DNA of 64,000 bases from Albugo candida (GCA_040437565.1 JBDOQK010000032.1:124001-188000); one strand, 5' to 3'. Counted from the first letter of the stretch, positions 22,001 through 34,575 are shown. Notes: generated by a model from the sequence alone, not told the origin. A program made the numbers and translations.

Positions 22001-23149
22001 CGACGGCGAGCGTCGAATTTGATCACATTTTGCATATACTCCAAGAAGACTTTTGTAAAACTAACGTTGATCGGTTCTACACATGATTGCACAATAAGAC
22101 GCATTGATTGCAATACGTTGATTGCATCTAAATCATTCGTAAGATTTGAAAATTCGGCCTGTAATGATCTCCAAATCTACCAAATATCATCAGTGATCGA
22201 CCTGTAGCTCCTTGTGTATCGATAAATTACCTTCTCCATCTTGTCATGTGATTCAATGACGAGATGTCTCGCCAGTATGCGGACATGCGGAATTAACGAG
22301 CCGCACTCCAGCAACCAGTCCTGCAGTTCACGAGAATGTGGCATCAATACGGCCAAAACGTCTAGAACATTTTCCGTTTGGCAACAATAATCATTGCTGC
22401 AGAGATTTAGCAGCCTACATTTAAAGACTCAGTTCGAGATTCATTTGTTAAAGACGAATTCCTTACATCTTCATAGACTCCTGTTCCTTTGCGACGTGAA
22501 CTGATATGGTTTTCATCATTCGAGCAGCAAGTCCCATCGCGTGTTCGTAGTCGAAAGAATCGTTTCTTTCTTCGACACATTGGATAAAGTGTTCCGACAG
22601 AATCGTGGTGATCTACACGCAGAGACTCCTTGACCGACTTGATTAGAGGATTTGAGTATATGAAGCACGTCACCTTTTTCGCGTCGCTGACACTTTTCAA
22701 GTGCATGTCTTGAAATTCTTCATATATCAATGCAATTGCCGAACGTATCGAATTCCGATCGCTTTCATCGCATTAAATACGGATCAAATTCACGATAATG
22801 AATAAACGCACCTAAGAACAAAGTGTTCCGCCAATCGTGTGAATGCGATACTCAAGAAATCTGGCGAGCAGAGTGTTTCAATCGTGAAAAGCCGGCGATA
22901 AAAGGAGATTTGCTCTACTATCAAGCCTTCCATGTTTCTTTCAGCTCGATGTTGCTGAAAAAATAACTTGACTTTCGCTTCTAGTTGAAGAAATGCGCGA
23001 ATGTGCCAGTCAGAAGACGTGGTATTTGTATGTGGCTCCTGAAGACATTTGTAGTCTAATAGTTGTGCATTCCTTTGACGATTTATGAAGAACGCTGTTT
23101 CGGAGTGAAGTGCGCGATAACTTGATCGATGCAGACTTACTTCCTCCAT
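19018..23149 (-). CDS. INTS7: Probable Integrator complex subunit 7 (helical-repeat protein)
   Basis: N-terminal RRLF...LSIAFTRLAEHF...NSIRSAI and C-terminal LPRVFFQ resemble INTS7 motifs as recalled (AFLKLADVF..NNFLR, PRYFFQ); multi-exon; 834 bp of gap plus artefactual duplication inside. Confidence 0.6.
20567..22134. other. Assembly artefact: duplicated overlap across an N-gap
   Basis: 20567-21300 repeats at 21401-22134. Confidence 0.9.
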
Positions 23150-23536
23150 TATTCCCAAAAGGTTGAGCGTATCAACGAGCCACCGATAAAGTGGTCCACG
23201 CAAAATGCTCCAAAGTCAAACGCCACCCCGCCATCATCGCACGAAGCTACTTGCAAAGCTATACTACTACACATTGCAAGTTTATCATCATTCCGTTACC
23301 ACTACTACTATATTCTAGTTCCAGCTCTGTACTATGAAGTTCGAACGGCCTTTAACGCTCACATCCACGTGTTTGTCTGAGACAAAATGTGGCAAAATGC
23401 AATTTCAACTCAGTACACCTGACTCGGTTTCTTTTGTGAACCGGCGGAAAGCCCGCAGCAAAAAGATTTATTACCGACTGAGCCTTGACCTTCTAAACTA
23501 ATCGTCTTCCTTGATATTCTGATTGGTGTAACATAC

Positions 23537-26500
23537 TCAGACATGATACTCCAGGGCTGATTGTGTTTCAACTCTGTGTATTTCCACTTGGCTAAAACTC
23601 TTTTCCATCTCATCCACAAATTCACATTGAGAATCAATGAAAGATTCCGTTGTATCACTTTCACTATCCACTCCCATCTCACCTTCGTCCGATGAAGACG
23701 ATAGTCTCGACACAGTCTGTGAGTCTAAAATACTATTGAGCAACTGATCCCCCGTAGATTCTATACTTTTGTGACCTAGGATTGGCTCTATCTGTTCATC
23801 ATTTTCTCGGTCAAATGTCATGTCAGCTGCACACGGAACATCTTCCTCTGAGTCTATATCTTCCTCTTTTGCTTCAACTGGAGATGGTAACTCATCGATA
23901 GAGCTACGCCTCATGAGTTCTTCCGTTAACGTCACAAAGTTTGTCGCTGCTTCAGTTTCAGCCTCAATCTCCGATTGCTCAAGTTGTTCATTTTCCGTTT
24001 GTATGGAATTGCTGTCATGAGAGTGCTCGACCAATGCATCGAGTAATTCCAGTTCAATCCATTGATCAGCGCTGTCGGTGATTTCATGACCTTGATTATC
24101 AGACTGTAAGGGAAGATTCACAACTGCTGCTGCATTCGGACTATCTTGGGGAACTCCAAGCCTTTCAAGCTCATCATCCAGGCATGTAGGCTTGTCTTGA
24201 TCAGGATTCGTATCAACGTACTGCTCGAAAGGACCTGTCTTGCTATAACCAAGGTCCAGGTCCAAAACACGAGTCTTGGACTCTACTTCTTCATCTATTT
24301 GAACCTCCGATTCACTGGGATGCGGAAACAGCATGCTATTGATTCCACTACTAGAGAAGACGGATGAAGGGCGATTTTGTAATGATGCAAAGCAATTTTC
24401 TGGAACACTGGGTGCATATTCGGCCGGAACGGAATCGATAAAGTCGGCTGATTTGATTTCTTCTTCAGCATACAATTTTGATGGAAATGGGTCGAGACAC
24501 GACTCATCTGCTAGACTTTGCTCTCGACTATCGTTGCAGTCGGTGTCAAGGTTTAGCCTGACTGCAGAGCTCCGTCTAGAAAATTGCTCTTGCTTTTCCC
24601 AGATGTTAAAATTATCCTGCTTCTCAGAATGACCGAACGCATGACTCTTTTTCGCATTTGGGGAAGGCGTAGTGTCCAGATCAAAAGCATGGTCCACGTC
24701 GCGGCTTTGATGACGCGGGGGTCGATTGGAATGAAGCATTTGTGCATTCGAATCGAGAGAAGATTCATCCTCATTATGTTGGCGATCAAAAATTGACCAT
24801 GGCATACCATGTGCATCACGTTCCGTTCTTGGACTACCCGGAATCTTGCTCCTTTGCCTCATCTCATTACCGTCTTTTATAGCGAGCCGGATTGTATCTC
24901 GGGTTTGCTCTCGATCGACCTGTCGCTCGTGAATGATCCTTTGGCCCACTAGTGCCACAAGTTGAGATTGAGAGCCTTTTCCTCTAGAAGATGTATTCGA
25001 AAAACTCGAGGAGAGCATTCCATCAGATACAGCGTCTTCGACATGACGTTGTTTGAGCGATTGATGTGATTGTCGAAAGTCAACAGGATGATGAGGACTG
25101 AAAGATGCTTGTGTCTGCGTAGCTGCCAAGTGTGCATCATCATGGTATCCAATGAAGGGATGGTTGATAGACTCCATATTGCTACGTGTCCGATGATTTG
25201 ACACTGCCCTACTCGAAGTCCTTTGTTCTCTTCGAGAGGGATTCGACAAGCATCCTGATGCTGTTGTGATGATCTTGTAGCAATGTAAGCATATGCGAAC
25301 GGTGTAATGAGAACTGAGGTCTTCTCTTGACACGAGATCGAATTCCTTGCTACATGCACTGCACACAACTTCACCGCATTTCCGACAATTGAGCTTGCGC
25401 AATAGCAATAAATGGAATGGGTCATGGCAAACAAAACACCGAGAGCGTGTCTTCTTAGAGACGAGCGCTAAATCGCCCAAATATCGTTGCTCGTTGAGAC
25501 GTTTTCCTCTCAAAATATCATACAGCCGAGAGATGCACGCTACACGTTCTCGAAGCATTCCATAGGGAGCTGCATCACCGCTTTTGAGGTTTACTTGTAC
25601 GATATGAAGGATGTCCACGTGGTAAGGTTGTTCCGCGTTGGTGATAATGATACCTGATTGATAAATACTTCCTCGACATAGACCAAATTCTTCAAGAAGC
25701 TCGTGACATCCAGGTAATTTGATAGAATGAATGCTTAAAACCCATCCTTTTCGACCAAACGTGTCAATGAAACAATCCTGACATTCTAAAACGCAAAAGT
25801 CTCGGGTTCGTAGAGGTGGAGGACAAGAAGTAACCATCCACTTGGCAGCGATCTGATTGAGTGAGTTCTCTTTAGTCGGTTCTTGGAGAGGATATAAAAC
25901 GAGACCATCCTGAAAAAACTCTGGAAACACTTGACCAAATTGACGCATTCTATTCGTGGACGCCATGTTGAATAAAGAAGCCACCTCTTTCACCGTTCCT
26001 GGGACTCGAGCCACTCCACACATACACATAGTACTATCAAAACTAGACGTTCGTGCCTTGCCTCGATAAACTTGTACACCATTGTATTTTTCGACATATT
26101 GCCATTTGATAGGACCTCCCACACTTCTACCACGCTCCACAACTGCTTGTGCTGTCTGACAAGCTTTCCGGATAAGGTAATGCTGTTCTTTAGCCGTGAG
26201 TACTGGCATGCGAAAGTAGTTGGTTTGTAGTGGACTCCACAAATTCTCAAATGTCGTCTTGTGCGAAGCAGATGCTTCATCGAAAGAAGCGGAGTGTGAA
26301 AATGCGGATCGAAATGCGTTACGTTGAGGGTTCACGGGAGTGCTAGTGGACCGAACAAATTTCTTTAAGCTTGACATTTTAGACCTGTCATTGGATCGTT
26401 TCTTGGATGCGTTCTGGAGTGTATTATAAAATTCCAGCAAAATGTTCGGACGCGGTTTGGTCGATGCGCATCCGACCACTTGCTCGCCAGACATGCATTC

Positions 26501-26605
26501 TGGATCCACACTCACTGAATGGCTATCTTGGCCCTTTGGTCGTTTCCCAGTGAGCGGATCACACCAAATCGAGTCCTTCATGAGCTCTTCGCTTGCTTGA
26601 TCCAT
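23537..26605 (-). CDS. START-like plus FYVE zinc-finger protein with long acidic disordered tail (oomycete-expanded family)
   Basis: WQYVEKYNGVQVY, RTRDFCVLE START-like segment; C..C..F.LLLRKLNCRKCGEVVCSACS...RICLHC FYVE-type finger. Confidence 0.85.
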   Translation of the reverse strand: MDQASEELMKDSIWCDPLTGKRPKGQDSHSVSVDPECMSGEQVVGCASTKPRPNILLEFYNTLQNASKKRSNDRSKMSSLKKFVRSTSTPVNPQRNAFRSAFSHSASFDEASASHKTTFENLWSPLQTNYFRMPVLTAKEQHYLIRKACQTAQAVVERGRSVGGPIKWQYVEKYNGVQVYRGKARTSSFDSTMCMCGVARVPGTVKEVASLFNMASTNRMRQFGQVFPEFFQDGLVLYPLQEPTKENSLNQIAAKWMVTSCPPPLRTRDFCVLECQDCFIDTFGRKGWVLSIHSIKLPGCHELLEEFGLCRGSIYQSGIIITNAEQPYHVDILHIVQVNLKSGDAAPYGMLRERVACISRLYDILRGKRLNEQRYLGDLALVSKKTRSRCFVCHDPFHLLLLRKLNCRKCGEVVCSACSKEFDLVSREDLSSHYTVRICLHCYKIITTASGCLSNPSRREQRTSSRAVSNHRTRSNMESINHPFIGYHDDAHLAATQTQASFSPHHPVDFRQSHQSLKQRHVEDAVSDGMLSSSFSNTSSRGKGSQSQLVALVGQRIIHERQVDREQTRDTIRLAIKDGNEMRQRSKIPGSPRTERDAHGMPWSIFDRQHNEDESSLDSNAQMLHSNRPPRHQSRDVDHAFDLDTTPSPNAKKSHAFGHSEKQDNFNIWEKQEQFSRRSSAVRLNLDTDCNDSREQSLADESCLDPFPSKLYAEEEIKSADFIDSVPAEYAPSVPENCFASLQNRPSSVFSSSGINSMLFPHPSESEVQIDEEVESKTRVLDLDLGYSKTGPFEQYVDTNPDQDKPTCLDDELERLGVPQDSPNAAAVVNLPLQSDNQGHEITDSADQWIELELLDALVEHSHDSNSIQTENEQLEQSEIEAETEAATNFVTLTEELMRRSSIDELPSPVEAKEEDIDSEEDVPCAADMTFDRENDEQIEPILGHKSIESTGDQLLNSILDSQTVSRLSSSSDEGEMGVDSESDTTESFIDSQCEFVDEMEKSFSQVEIHRVETQSALEYHV

Positions 26606-27142
26606 TATAAGCTTCAGAGCATAGATAGTAGAGAATACGAGACTTCACGTGCAATGCTCTGTAGGAGTAGTGGCACTAAATTGCAGCAGGTATAGCGAAT
26701 GTAAGAACGCGAACAGCTCTTTTCGTGCGATCGATTCACGCTGTCTATAAAGCCGCGTCGATTGGTTGAAATTCTAAAGAAGAAACTGAATGCAATGAAT
26801 AGGGAGCTACTCAACAGAAACTTAAGGTATGATTTGACAGTCTTCATGCAGTAGAAGCTCGACAACGATTGCGATGTCTGAGAGGGGTAGAGGCATGCTA
26901 CTTTCAAGATCAACGGGCTTGTTGTATTGGCGAATAGAATGTATAGAGTACATTTAGGACGATAACTGCTGGCGAAAGATCACGGAGCGCAGACTTCTTG
27001 GATGCCATGAGGGCTTGCAATTCTGAGAAGCTTGTGTCTATGTTTTTCTAAACGTCTTGCGTGCACGTTGACCATATATGACATATTGATGCGAGCCGCG
27101 TTCGTCGAGTAATATTGAGCAAGTAGCAGAAGACTGAGGAGC

Positions 27143-28060
27143 TTACTCGGAAGAGTCCGGAAAGCTCAACCGCCAAAAGTCGTCTGGGGTTTGATAAGGT
27201 TCGAATCGTGCACGATGTCGGGAACATTTCATTTTGTGTGACTTGACGTTTTCATTTGAGTCGGATGCTCTCATTGGAAAATCCATTTTTTCGATCGCAT
27301 CATAATATTTGCTGCAATCACGACAATCATGCGCGGGCAAAGTAGCTCGAACGTCTCGGTTTCGGATCACTTCAATGTAGGAGTAGTCAGACTGTTTGTG
27401 TTTCGGAAGAAGCTTCTTGTGCGCTGATGAATCGTGCATACGTGCAGGGCGTGGCATGACATTACATTTCATGGAATCGTCAAGTTTGCATTTTTTCGTG
27501 CTGCTGATATCTTTGCAAATCACATTGGAGCTTCTTTTACACTGAATCCATTGTGGTTTGTCACGTTCTGAAAACTTTGCATGCTCCTTAGTGGTCACTT
27601 TCTTGTCCTCATCACTTGATTTGTCAACAGGCTCTATATTCTCCGTATCCTCTTCAAATCTCCGATTTGAAGTGTTCTCATTTCTGGTCGAATGATTGTT
27701 ATGAACGTATGCTGGCTGCAAGGCGAGTTCTGGTTCTGGTATTTGCCTTCGAGAGCAGAATTCATTCCCCTTACTGGTATTTGAAGGTGATCTTGAGACC
27801 TGCTGCACACCTTCTGCGAAATCAGGTGAGTCCAGTATGTCAGCAGTACGTTGTTCCTCTCGTATTGCATGTAGAGGAAAGCGGACCTTGAGCAATGTTT
27901 TCTGATATTGGTCCAGCACACTTTGCTGTCGAAGTAATGTATTTTGCAAGAGTTTGAACCGCTTTGTGAGTCTTTCAGCATATTCCTTTTGTCTCTTAAT
28001 CGTATTGAGCAATTTCATTCTCTCTACTTTCCATTCTGTTCCAGCTTTATGCTCATTCAT
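27143..28060 (-). CDS. CtIP/SAE2/COM1-family DNA end-resection factor
   Basis: N-terminal coiled coil; C-terminal YIEVIR...LPAHDCRDCSKYY...CSRHRARF...TPDDFWRLSF, i.e. the CxxC, RHR and CDK-site TP motifs of the SAE2 domain; start placed at MNEHKAG. Confidence 0.88.
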   Translation of the reverse strand: MNEHKAGTEWKVERMKLLNTIKRQKEYAERLTKRFKLLQNTLLRQQSVLDQYQKTLLKVRFPLHAIREEQRTADILDSPDFAEGVQQVSRSPSNTSKGNEFCSRRQIPEPELALQPAYVHNNHSTRNENTSNRRFEEDTENIEPVDKSSDEDKKVTTKEHAKFSERDKPQWIQCKRSSNVICKDISSTKKCKLDDSMKCNVMPRPARMHDSSAHKKLLPKHKQSDYSYIEVIRNRDVRATLPAHDCRDCSKYYDAIEKMDFPMRASDSNENVKSHKMKCSRHRARFEPYQTPDDFWRLSFPDSSE

Positions 28061-28274
28061 ACTTTTCCCGCGCACACGAAAAGGCAATCGTGAAAAAGAT
28101 GTCCAATCAGGGCGCTGACTATAAAAAGCAACCAATATTATGCCTTTATATGCTAGCACTTCAGTTTCAAAGAACGACACTGAAGTTTCATCGGTACCTA
28201 GTCCTAGTTGGATGGCATTGTTCCGCCTAGTGTGGCGCACACCGATTAGCAAATCACAATACTTTTGGACCATT

Positions 28275-28309
28275 TTTACAAGTTTACAACTTTACAGCAT
28301 TTACAAGCT
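28275..28309. repeat. Short imperfect 8-mer tandem repeat (TTTACAAG-like, about 4 copies)
   Basis: tttacaag tttacaac tttacagc atttacaag. Confidence 0.6.
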
Positions 28310-28779
28310 GGACACAGTCTCGTATTAAGGGTGCTGAGGCTACTGCGANNNNNNNNNNNNNNNNNNNNNNNNNNNNNNNNNNNNNNNNNNNNNNNNNNNN
28401 NNNNNNNNNNNNNNNNNNNNNNNNNNNNNNNNNNNNNNNNNNNNNNNNCAGCATTTACAAGCTGGACACAGTCTCGTATTAAGGGTGCTGAGGCTACTGC
28501 GATACTAGATTATCAACGAGAATCATCTCTCACAGGTATTTCACGAAACGGTATTTATATGTATATATGTTATTTAAGATAGCCTAGGCAACTAGAGAAG
28601 TCAGTTAGTCTAATTCTAGTAATATAGACATCTTCAACTAAAGTTTCATCGGTGTAGCAAAGTCCACGGAGAGGAAGCACCGCTAATAGCAAATGTCACG
28701 ACGCTGATGATCGATGGTCACTTCTGTGATTTGGTATCTGATTAACTACTAGTTCATTTGGATCAACTTTTACACCTGA

Positions 28780-29682
28780 TCAGGTCTTATCGCTGCACAT
28801 ATGATAAGCAAGAGCTGCTAATGAAGGCAAAGAGTGATCAGAACCCTCTTCGTATCCGCTGTGGGAATGAGAGGAATCTGTACGTGTCGAATGTTGTACA
28901 TCTCTATCTATCAAGGAAGCGGATTCGAATGGCGCGGTTTGCGTTTCTTTGATTTCATTATCTTGAACAATCGTCAAAAGAGACTCAGTATCTGTATTCT
29001 GATTAGTACATTGTAAATTCACATGTGTTTGGTCTTCTTTCATTGTTGAGACTGTGATCCCTTCATCTACAGAATTAGATGGACAGCACGTGCCATTCTT
29101 TGTCTGATGCAACCGGATGAACTCTTCTGTCATGTAATCCATGATTCTCTGATAGACTCTGGTTCTAAAATTTACTCGTTCTTGTCCTTTCAATACAGAG
29201 GGAAGCGGGACAACAATTCCGTCGAAATCTCGCGTCAAATTCATTTCTGATTGGACTCTAGAAGGAAGAAACACCGCAGAAGGTGGTGTAGCATCGAACG
29301 AAACACTTGATTTTGGTGTCAGCTTGGCTTGAGAGGCAATGGTGGAGAGATTTATTTGCATTGCTGTACTTGGATTATTGTTCAGTTCTGAGTCAGAGGT
29401 CATAAGGTGTTCACCATTTTTTCCAAACCCTACAATGTCGGAAGTATTAGATTTTATGTATGGAGCATGTCGGGTTCCTTGTCGAGAGCTTTTTGTTTGT
29501 TTTTCCTTTCGATACAGTCGATTTTTGGCATCGAGTCGACGTTGATGCTCGTTTTGCCGATTCCGATGTTCATCACAAAGGTTGTGTGCTACACCAGACG
29601 TCTTCAAGGCACGTTCATTGGTGCATTTTCCCGTTTTGTACAAACATTTGCCGCGGTATCCGGTTCGGGTTTCCTCTGTCAT
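28780..29682 (-). CDS. Oomycete-type putative Zn-finger/basic-region regulatory protein
   Basis: KCLYKTGKCTNERALKTSGVAHNLCDEHRNRQNEHQRR (C-x-Y-x4-C...C-x2-H plus basic helix), followed by a low-complexity region. Confidence 0.7.
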   Translation of the reverse strand: MTEETRTGYRGKCLYKTGKCTNERALKTSGVAHNLCDEHRNRQNEHQRRLDAKNRLYRKEKQTKSSRQGTRHAPYIKSNTSDIVGFGKNGEHLMTSDSELNNNPSTAMQINLSTIASQAKLTPKSSVSFDATPPSAVFLPSRVQSEMNLTRDFDGIVVPLPSVLKGQERVNFRTRVYQRIMDYMTEEFIRLHQTKNGTCCPSNSVDEGITVSTMKEDQTHVNLQCTNQNTDTESLLTIVQDNEIKETQTAPFESASLIDRDVQHSTRTDSSHSHSGYEEGSDHSLPSLAALAYHMCSDKT

Positions 29683-29855
29683 TCTGAACACGAGCAGAAT
29701 CAGAGCTGATCGGGGACTTTTTCCTCTGATTCTCTTATACAACCGTGACCAGACAATACCACTAAATAAGGTGTCTGCCCACTATAAAATACATTGAAAT
29801 CGAATAACTTTCAATAAGGTTCCACACCCTATACAGTACAAAAGTGGCGTAAATT

Positions 29856-30076
29856 GGGTTCTAACGATGCTGATTGGTTTATATTCTCTCGCTCGGTGAC
29901 CATCTCTCGCAATGCATCTTCACATTTCGCTAGGCCAAGTGTTACGATTAAAGTAGTGTAATCGCCTATAGGAACTAGTGCTTCACATGTCTCTATGCAT
30001 TAGCACCGGAAACTCCGACACAACGTTCACTTCCTCTTCGCGAGATAATATGAACCAATCAGCATCATTAGAAGCC
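29856..30076. repeat. 37-bp inverted repeat pair around a ~147-bp spacer (MITE-like or fold-back)
   Basis: 29856-29892 gggttctaacgatgctgattggtttatattctctcgc versus the reverse complement of 30040-30076, ggcttctaatgatgctgattggttcatattatctcgc (4 mismatches). Confidence 0.75.
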
Positions 30077-31516
30077 AGGTGTCGGGTTTGAATCCATTAT
30101 TCTCAGGGTACGGGAACGTATCAGAAAACCGAGGGACATTTATGCGATTATATCAGAAATCGTAGGGAAGTGCAGAAAAGCGAACGGCTCACTTTTTTCA
30201 GATGATTTCTCTGAATATTTGATCCAATGTTATACAGAGGACGATGCAGGTGTGTGGTTGTGACCCTCATCAGCACTTTTTCTGCTCAATTCGAATCATT
30301 CGCGTGACATCTAACTGGAGTGATGTCGTTCTACATGCCCTGCAGTTATGACAACGTGGGACTCGAATGATCAAATAGGTGATCGCACGTATGTATATTT
30401 ACATACATGGGTTCAAGCGAATTAGTCATTTTCAAATCAGCACGGAGAAATTCAGTCACAGTGATGCAATTGATTCGATACAACGTCTTTTTTACCCTCT
30501 TTCTGTCCTGCAAATGCGCAAAGGAAACGCCTGGAGAAAAAGAAAACTGGAACCTGAGATTACGTTTCAACCGCAATTTTACACCAAGTACATCTCTGAA
30601 GCAGCCTCAACAGATTTCTGCTCGGAATATTGTATCAAGTACCCCGGCCACCCATGATACTCCACAAGATATAAAAAAGGAAATCGTGGAAAGACAAGGC
30701 AATGCCGAACGTGTTAATCAATTTGACATCATGCACACGGGCAGTATACTTTCTAGATAAATTGACAATATACAAATCCGTAAGAAAATCCATTTTACTT
30801 GTCTAGGATCACTAATCGTGCGTATTAGCCTTTTTCAAAGACACGCATCTACAGTATGGATGTTATTTGCGCCAAATCAATCGCATTACTCAGTCGAATT
30901 CACCAAGTGCGGAGGCTCAGTCTGGAATTTCAGTAAGAACGCCAAACGATTTCGTTGTATCATGTATAAGTTAAAGAAGCCGTTCGCTCGTAATATATTG
31001 AAACTCTGTGCTGTTCCGAACACAAACATTTCGAGAAGCCGCTCTATGGAAGATGACAAAGTTTCACAGCTCATCGTACCGGTAGCCGATTAAAAGGATC
31101 CGATGGCATCTGCCGACGTTCAAGCCGCAAAAGCTTTCGTACAGCTGACAAGTGACTTGAGTACCACGCATCAAAGCTGAGACACCAATGTAATGTACAA
31201 CAGCACAATCTACCTCTACTCATTCGTATGATAGAAGGGAGTCTGTACTGGACAGAGTAGATACCATCAATCGAGTGCTGACAGATTTCATTCGCTCTGA
31301 TCACTGCACATTATAGAGTTGCCGTATGCAAGTGTTACGAGCAAGACACAATTTCGGCATGGTAACAAGTAGCATGCCGATTTTTCTTGGCGATTGGAAC
31401 GATCAAAATGCTGCATTAGTATTCTCAAGAAAAATGGGCAAAAAGTCTTGTGACTTTGATACAGACTGTGTCAGCATTGCCGCTTCGCACCGACCGTATC
31501 CATCCTTGCGATCGGC

Positions 31517-34500
31517 CAAGCAACAACAGCAAATACTGTCACTTCCTCAATATCAGATTTCAAATGACGAGCCTTCTAGAATGGTTTACCAAATAGTCCC
31601 TCATCTGCGCTTGATGCGGTGAGATTGGCTCGAAAACGCTCGCTTTTCTGCCTTTACAAGAAACCTTCAAGCTCTACCACTATTATAAGGTAAGCTCCAA
31701 CGAAACATCATGACTAAGGCAAACCTAAATGTACGCATTAAAATCGTTGAGAATATGTGGAAAAAATGCAGAATTGTTTGGGAGAAGATCATTACAAAGG
31801 CCAACGGAACTTGCCGAGATCAACAGATACATGACATTTATGTCTCGAAATCTTATCAATCGAACTCGTTGGATTTGCGCAACGAGAAATATCCGTAACC
31901 GATTGTCGAACTCGACACGTTATTGAGTCTCTTCAGTTGCAATTTGCACTACACGATCGATCCAGGAAACATGTGCGTTCGTTGACGACTCACATTTCTT
32001 TTGTCCATTTGACCCTTTTATCGCAAGACATATACTTGAAGACGATTGTTGGTGCTTGTCGGAATTTTGTGAATCTGTGTAATATATGCCATAAACAATG
32101 ACCACTGCGGATACGTTTTGAGCTTACTATCAGCATTAGGAGCCTGTACTACATGCCTCGGTCAGCCATCGAAATGCATCCAAAATATTTTAAGAATAAT
32201 CTCCCAAATTAAAGTCCGAGGCGACCAAATAAAAAGACTTAGACTCGAATCCTCAATCGATCGCAATAACGAGGTTCCACTGAGTTTGTCTTTATCTCCA
32301 CATAATTATTGGACTCTGGAGTTTGACTCAAAATACCTTTGAACTCTTCCAACCCATTCTAATTGATAGATTGATCTCACACATGATGTACTATGCCTAA
32401 TTAATCTAGAAACACGCGCCAATAGCCACTCCAAATTCTACAAAAACTACTTCTGCCTGAAAGCATATGGAAAGGAGAGAGATTTCAGACAAATTTCCGG
32501 GTTTGTATCAGGACCAATACAAATAGTAAAGTAGCCACGTTCTGAAGCGAGATTAGGAGTAAACTACAAAGCACAATTATGTACATGTCTGAGACATGGA
32601 TTGATATATCTCGGAGAAGCGACACGAGCTCGGGTCTCAACANNNNNNNNNNNNNNNNNNNNNNNNNNNNNNNNNNNNNNNNNNNNNNNNNNNNNNNNNN
32701 NNNNNNNNNNNNNNNNNNNNNNNNNNNNNNNNNNNNNNNNNNCAAGCAACAACAGCAAATACTGTCACTTCCTCAATATCAGATTTCAAATGACGAGCCT
32801 TCTAGAATGGTTTACCAAATAGTCCCTCATCTGCGCTTGATGCGGTGAGATTGGCTCGAAAACGCTCGCTTTTCTGCCTTTACAAGAAACCTTCAAGCTC
32901 TACCACTATTATAAGGTAAGCTCCAACGAAACATCATGACTAAGGCAAACCTAAATGTACGCATTAAAATCGTTGAGAATATGTGGAAAAAATGCAGAAT
33001 TGTTTGGGAGAAGATCATTACAAAGGCCAACGGAACTTGCCGAGATCAACAGATACATGACATTTATGTCTCGAAATCTTATCAATCGAACTCGTTGGAT
33101 TTGCGCAACGAGAAATATCCGTAACCGATTGTCGAACTCGACACGTTATTGAGTCTCTTCAGTTGCAATTTGCACTACACGATCGATCCAGGAAACATGT
33201 GCGTTCGTTGACGACTCACATTTCTTTTGTCCATTTGACCCTTTTATCGCAAGACATATACTTGAAGACGATTGTTGGTGCTTGTCGGAATTTTGTGAAT
33301 CTGTGTAATATATGCCATAAACAATGACCACTGCGGATACGTTTTGAGCTTACTATCAGCATTAGGAGCCTGTACTACATGCCTCGGTCAGCCATCGAAA
33401 TGCATCCAAAATATTTTAAGAATAATCTCCCAAATTAAAGTCCGAGGCGACCAAATAAAAAGACTTAGACTCGAATCCTCAATCGATCGCAATAACGAGG
33501 TTCCACTGAGTTTGTCTTTATCTCCACATAATTATTGGACTCTGGAGTTTGACTCAAAATACCTTTGAACTCTTCCAACCCATTCTAATTGATAGATTGA
33601 TCTCACACATGATGTACTATGCCTAATTAATCTAGAAACACGCGCCAATAGCCACTCCAAATTCTACAAAAACTACTTCTGCCTGAAAGCATATGGAAAG
33701 GAGAGAGATTTCAGACAAATTTCCGGGTTTGTATCAGGACCAATACAAATAGTAAAGTAGCCACGTTCTGAAGCGAGATTAGGAGTAAACTACAAAGCAC
33801 AATTATGTACATGTCTGAGACATGGATTGATATATCTCGGAGAAGCGACACGAGCTCGGGTCTCAACAAGCTAGGTATTGATATTGTAAGGAATAATAAA
33901 CCAATTCAAGACACTGAACGGCATAGTATACAAAGGCTCGCGTCCATTTTTGCATGCTTTAAACTGAACGAATCTCTCACCATTTGGATCAAAATCCTCG
34001 ACCACATATCGCCTAATAGATCCTGCAGTTTTCCTTCATCCCACACAGGTATTATAATTCTTTTTACAGTCATATCGTTTGATAGTGAGCTACAACGAGG
34101 CGGGTATGAAGATGTAATTCTTACACTTTGACCGCACGGGCATCTTGACTTATCTAAGACACAGGGTCACTATGNNNNNNNNNNNNNNNNNNNNNNNNNN
34201 NNNNNNNNNNNNNNNNNNNNNNNNNNNNNNNNNNNNNNNNNNNNNNNNNNNNNNNNNNNNNNNNNNNNNNNNNNGGTATTGATATTGTAAGGAATAATAA
34301 ACCAATTCAAGACACTGAACGGCATAGTATACAAAGGCTCGCGTCCATTTTTGCATGCTTTAAACTGAACGAATCTCTCACCATTTGGATCAAAATCCTC
34401 GACCACATATCGCCTAATAGATCCTGCAGTTTTCCTTCATCCCACACAGGTATTATAATTCTTTTTACAGTCATATCGTTTGATAGTGAGCTACAACGAG

Positions 34501-34575
34501 GCGGGTATGAAGATGTAATTCTTACACTTTGACCGCACGGGCATCTTGACTTATCTAAGACACAGGGTCACTATG
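31517..34575. other. Assembly artefacts: two duplicated overlaps across N-gaps
   Basis: 31517-32642 repeats at 32743-33868, and 33874-34174 repeats at 34275-34575. Confidence 0.9.

Noticed and set aside
20567-22134. Apparent internal ~245-aa tandem repeat in the 1031-aa ORF
   Set aside because: The copies look identical and flank a 100-N gap; the 834-bp offset is in frame by chance. Assembly artefact.
32118-32342. ORF with CTTCL as an intact CCG/CHxC effector
   Set aside because: No ATG or signal peptide in frame, an upstream stop, and the Gly is not at the CCG position.
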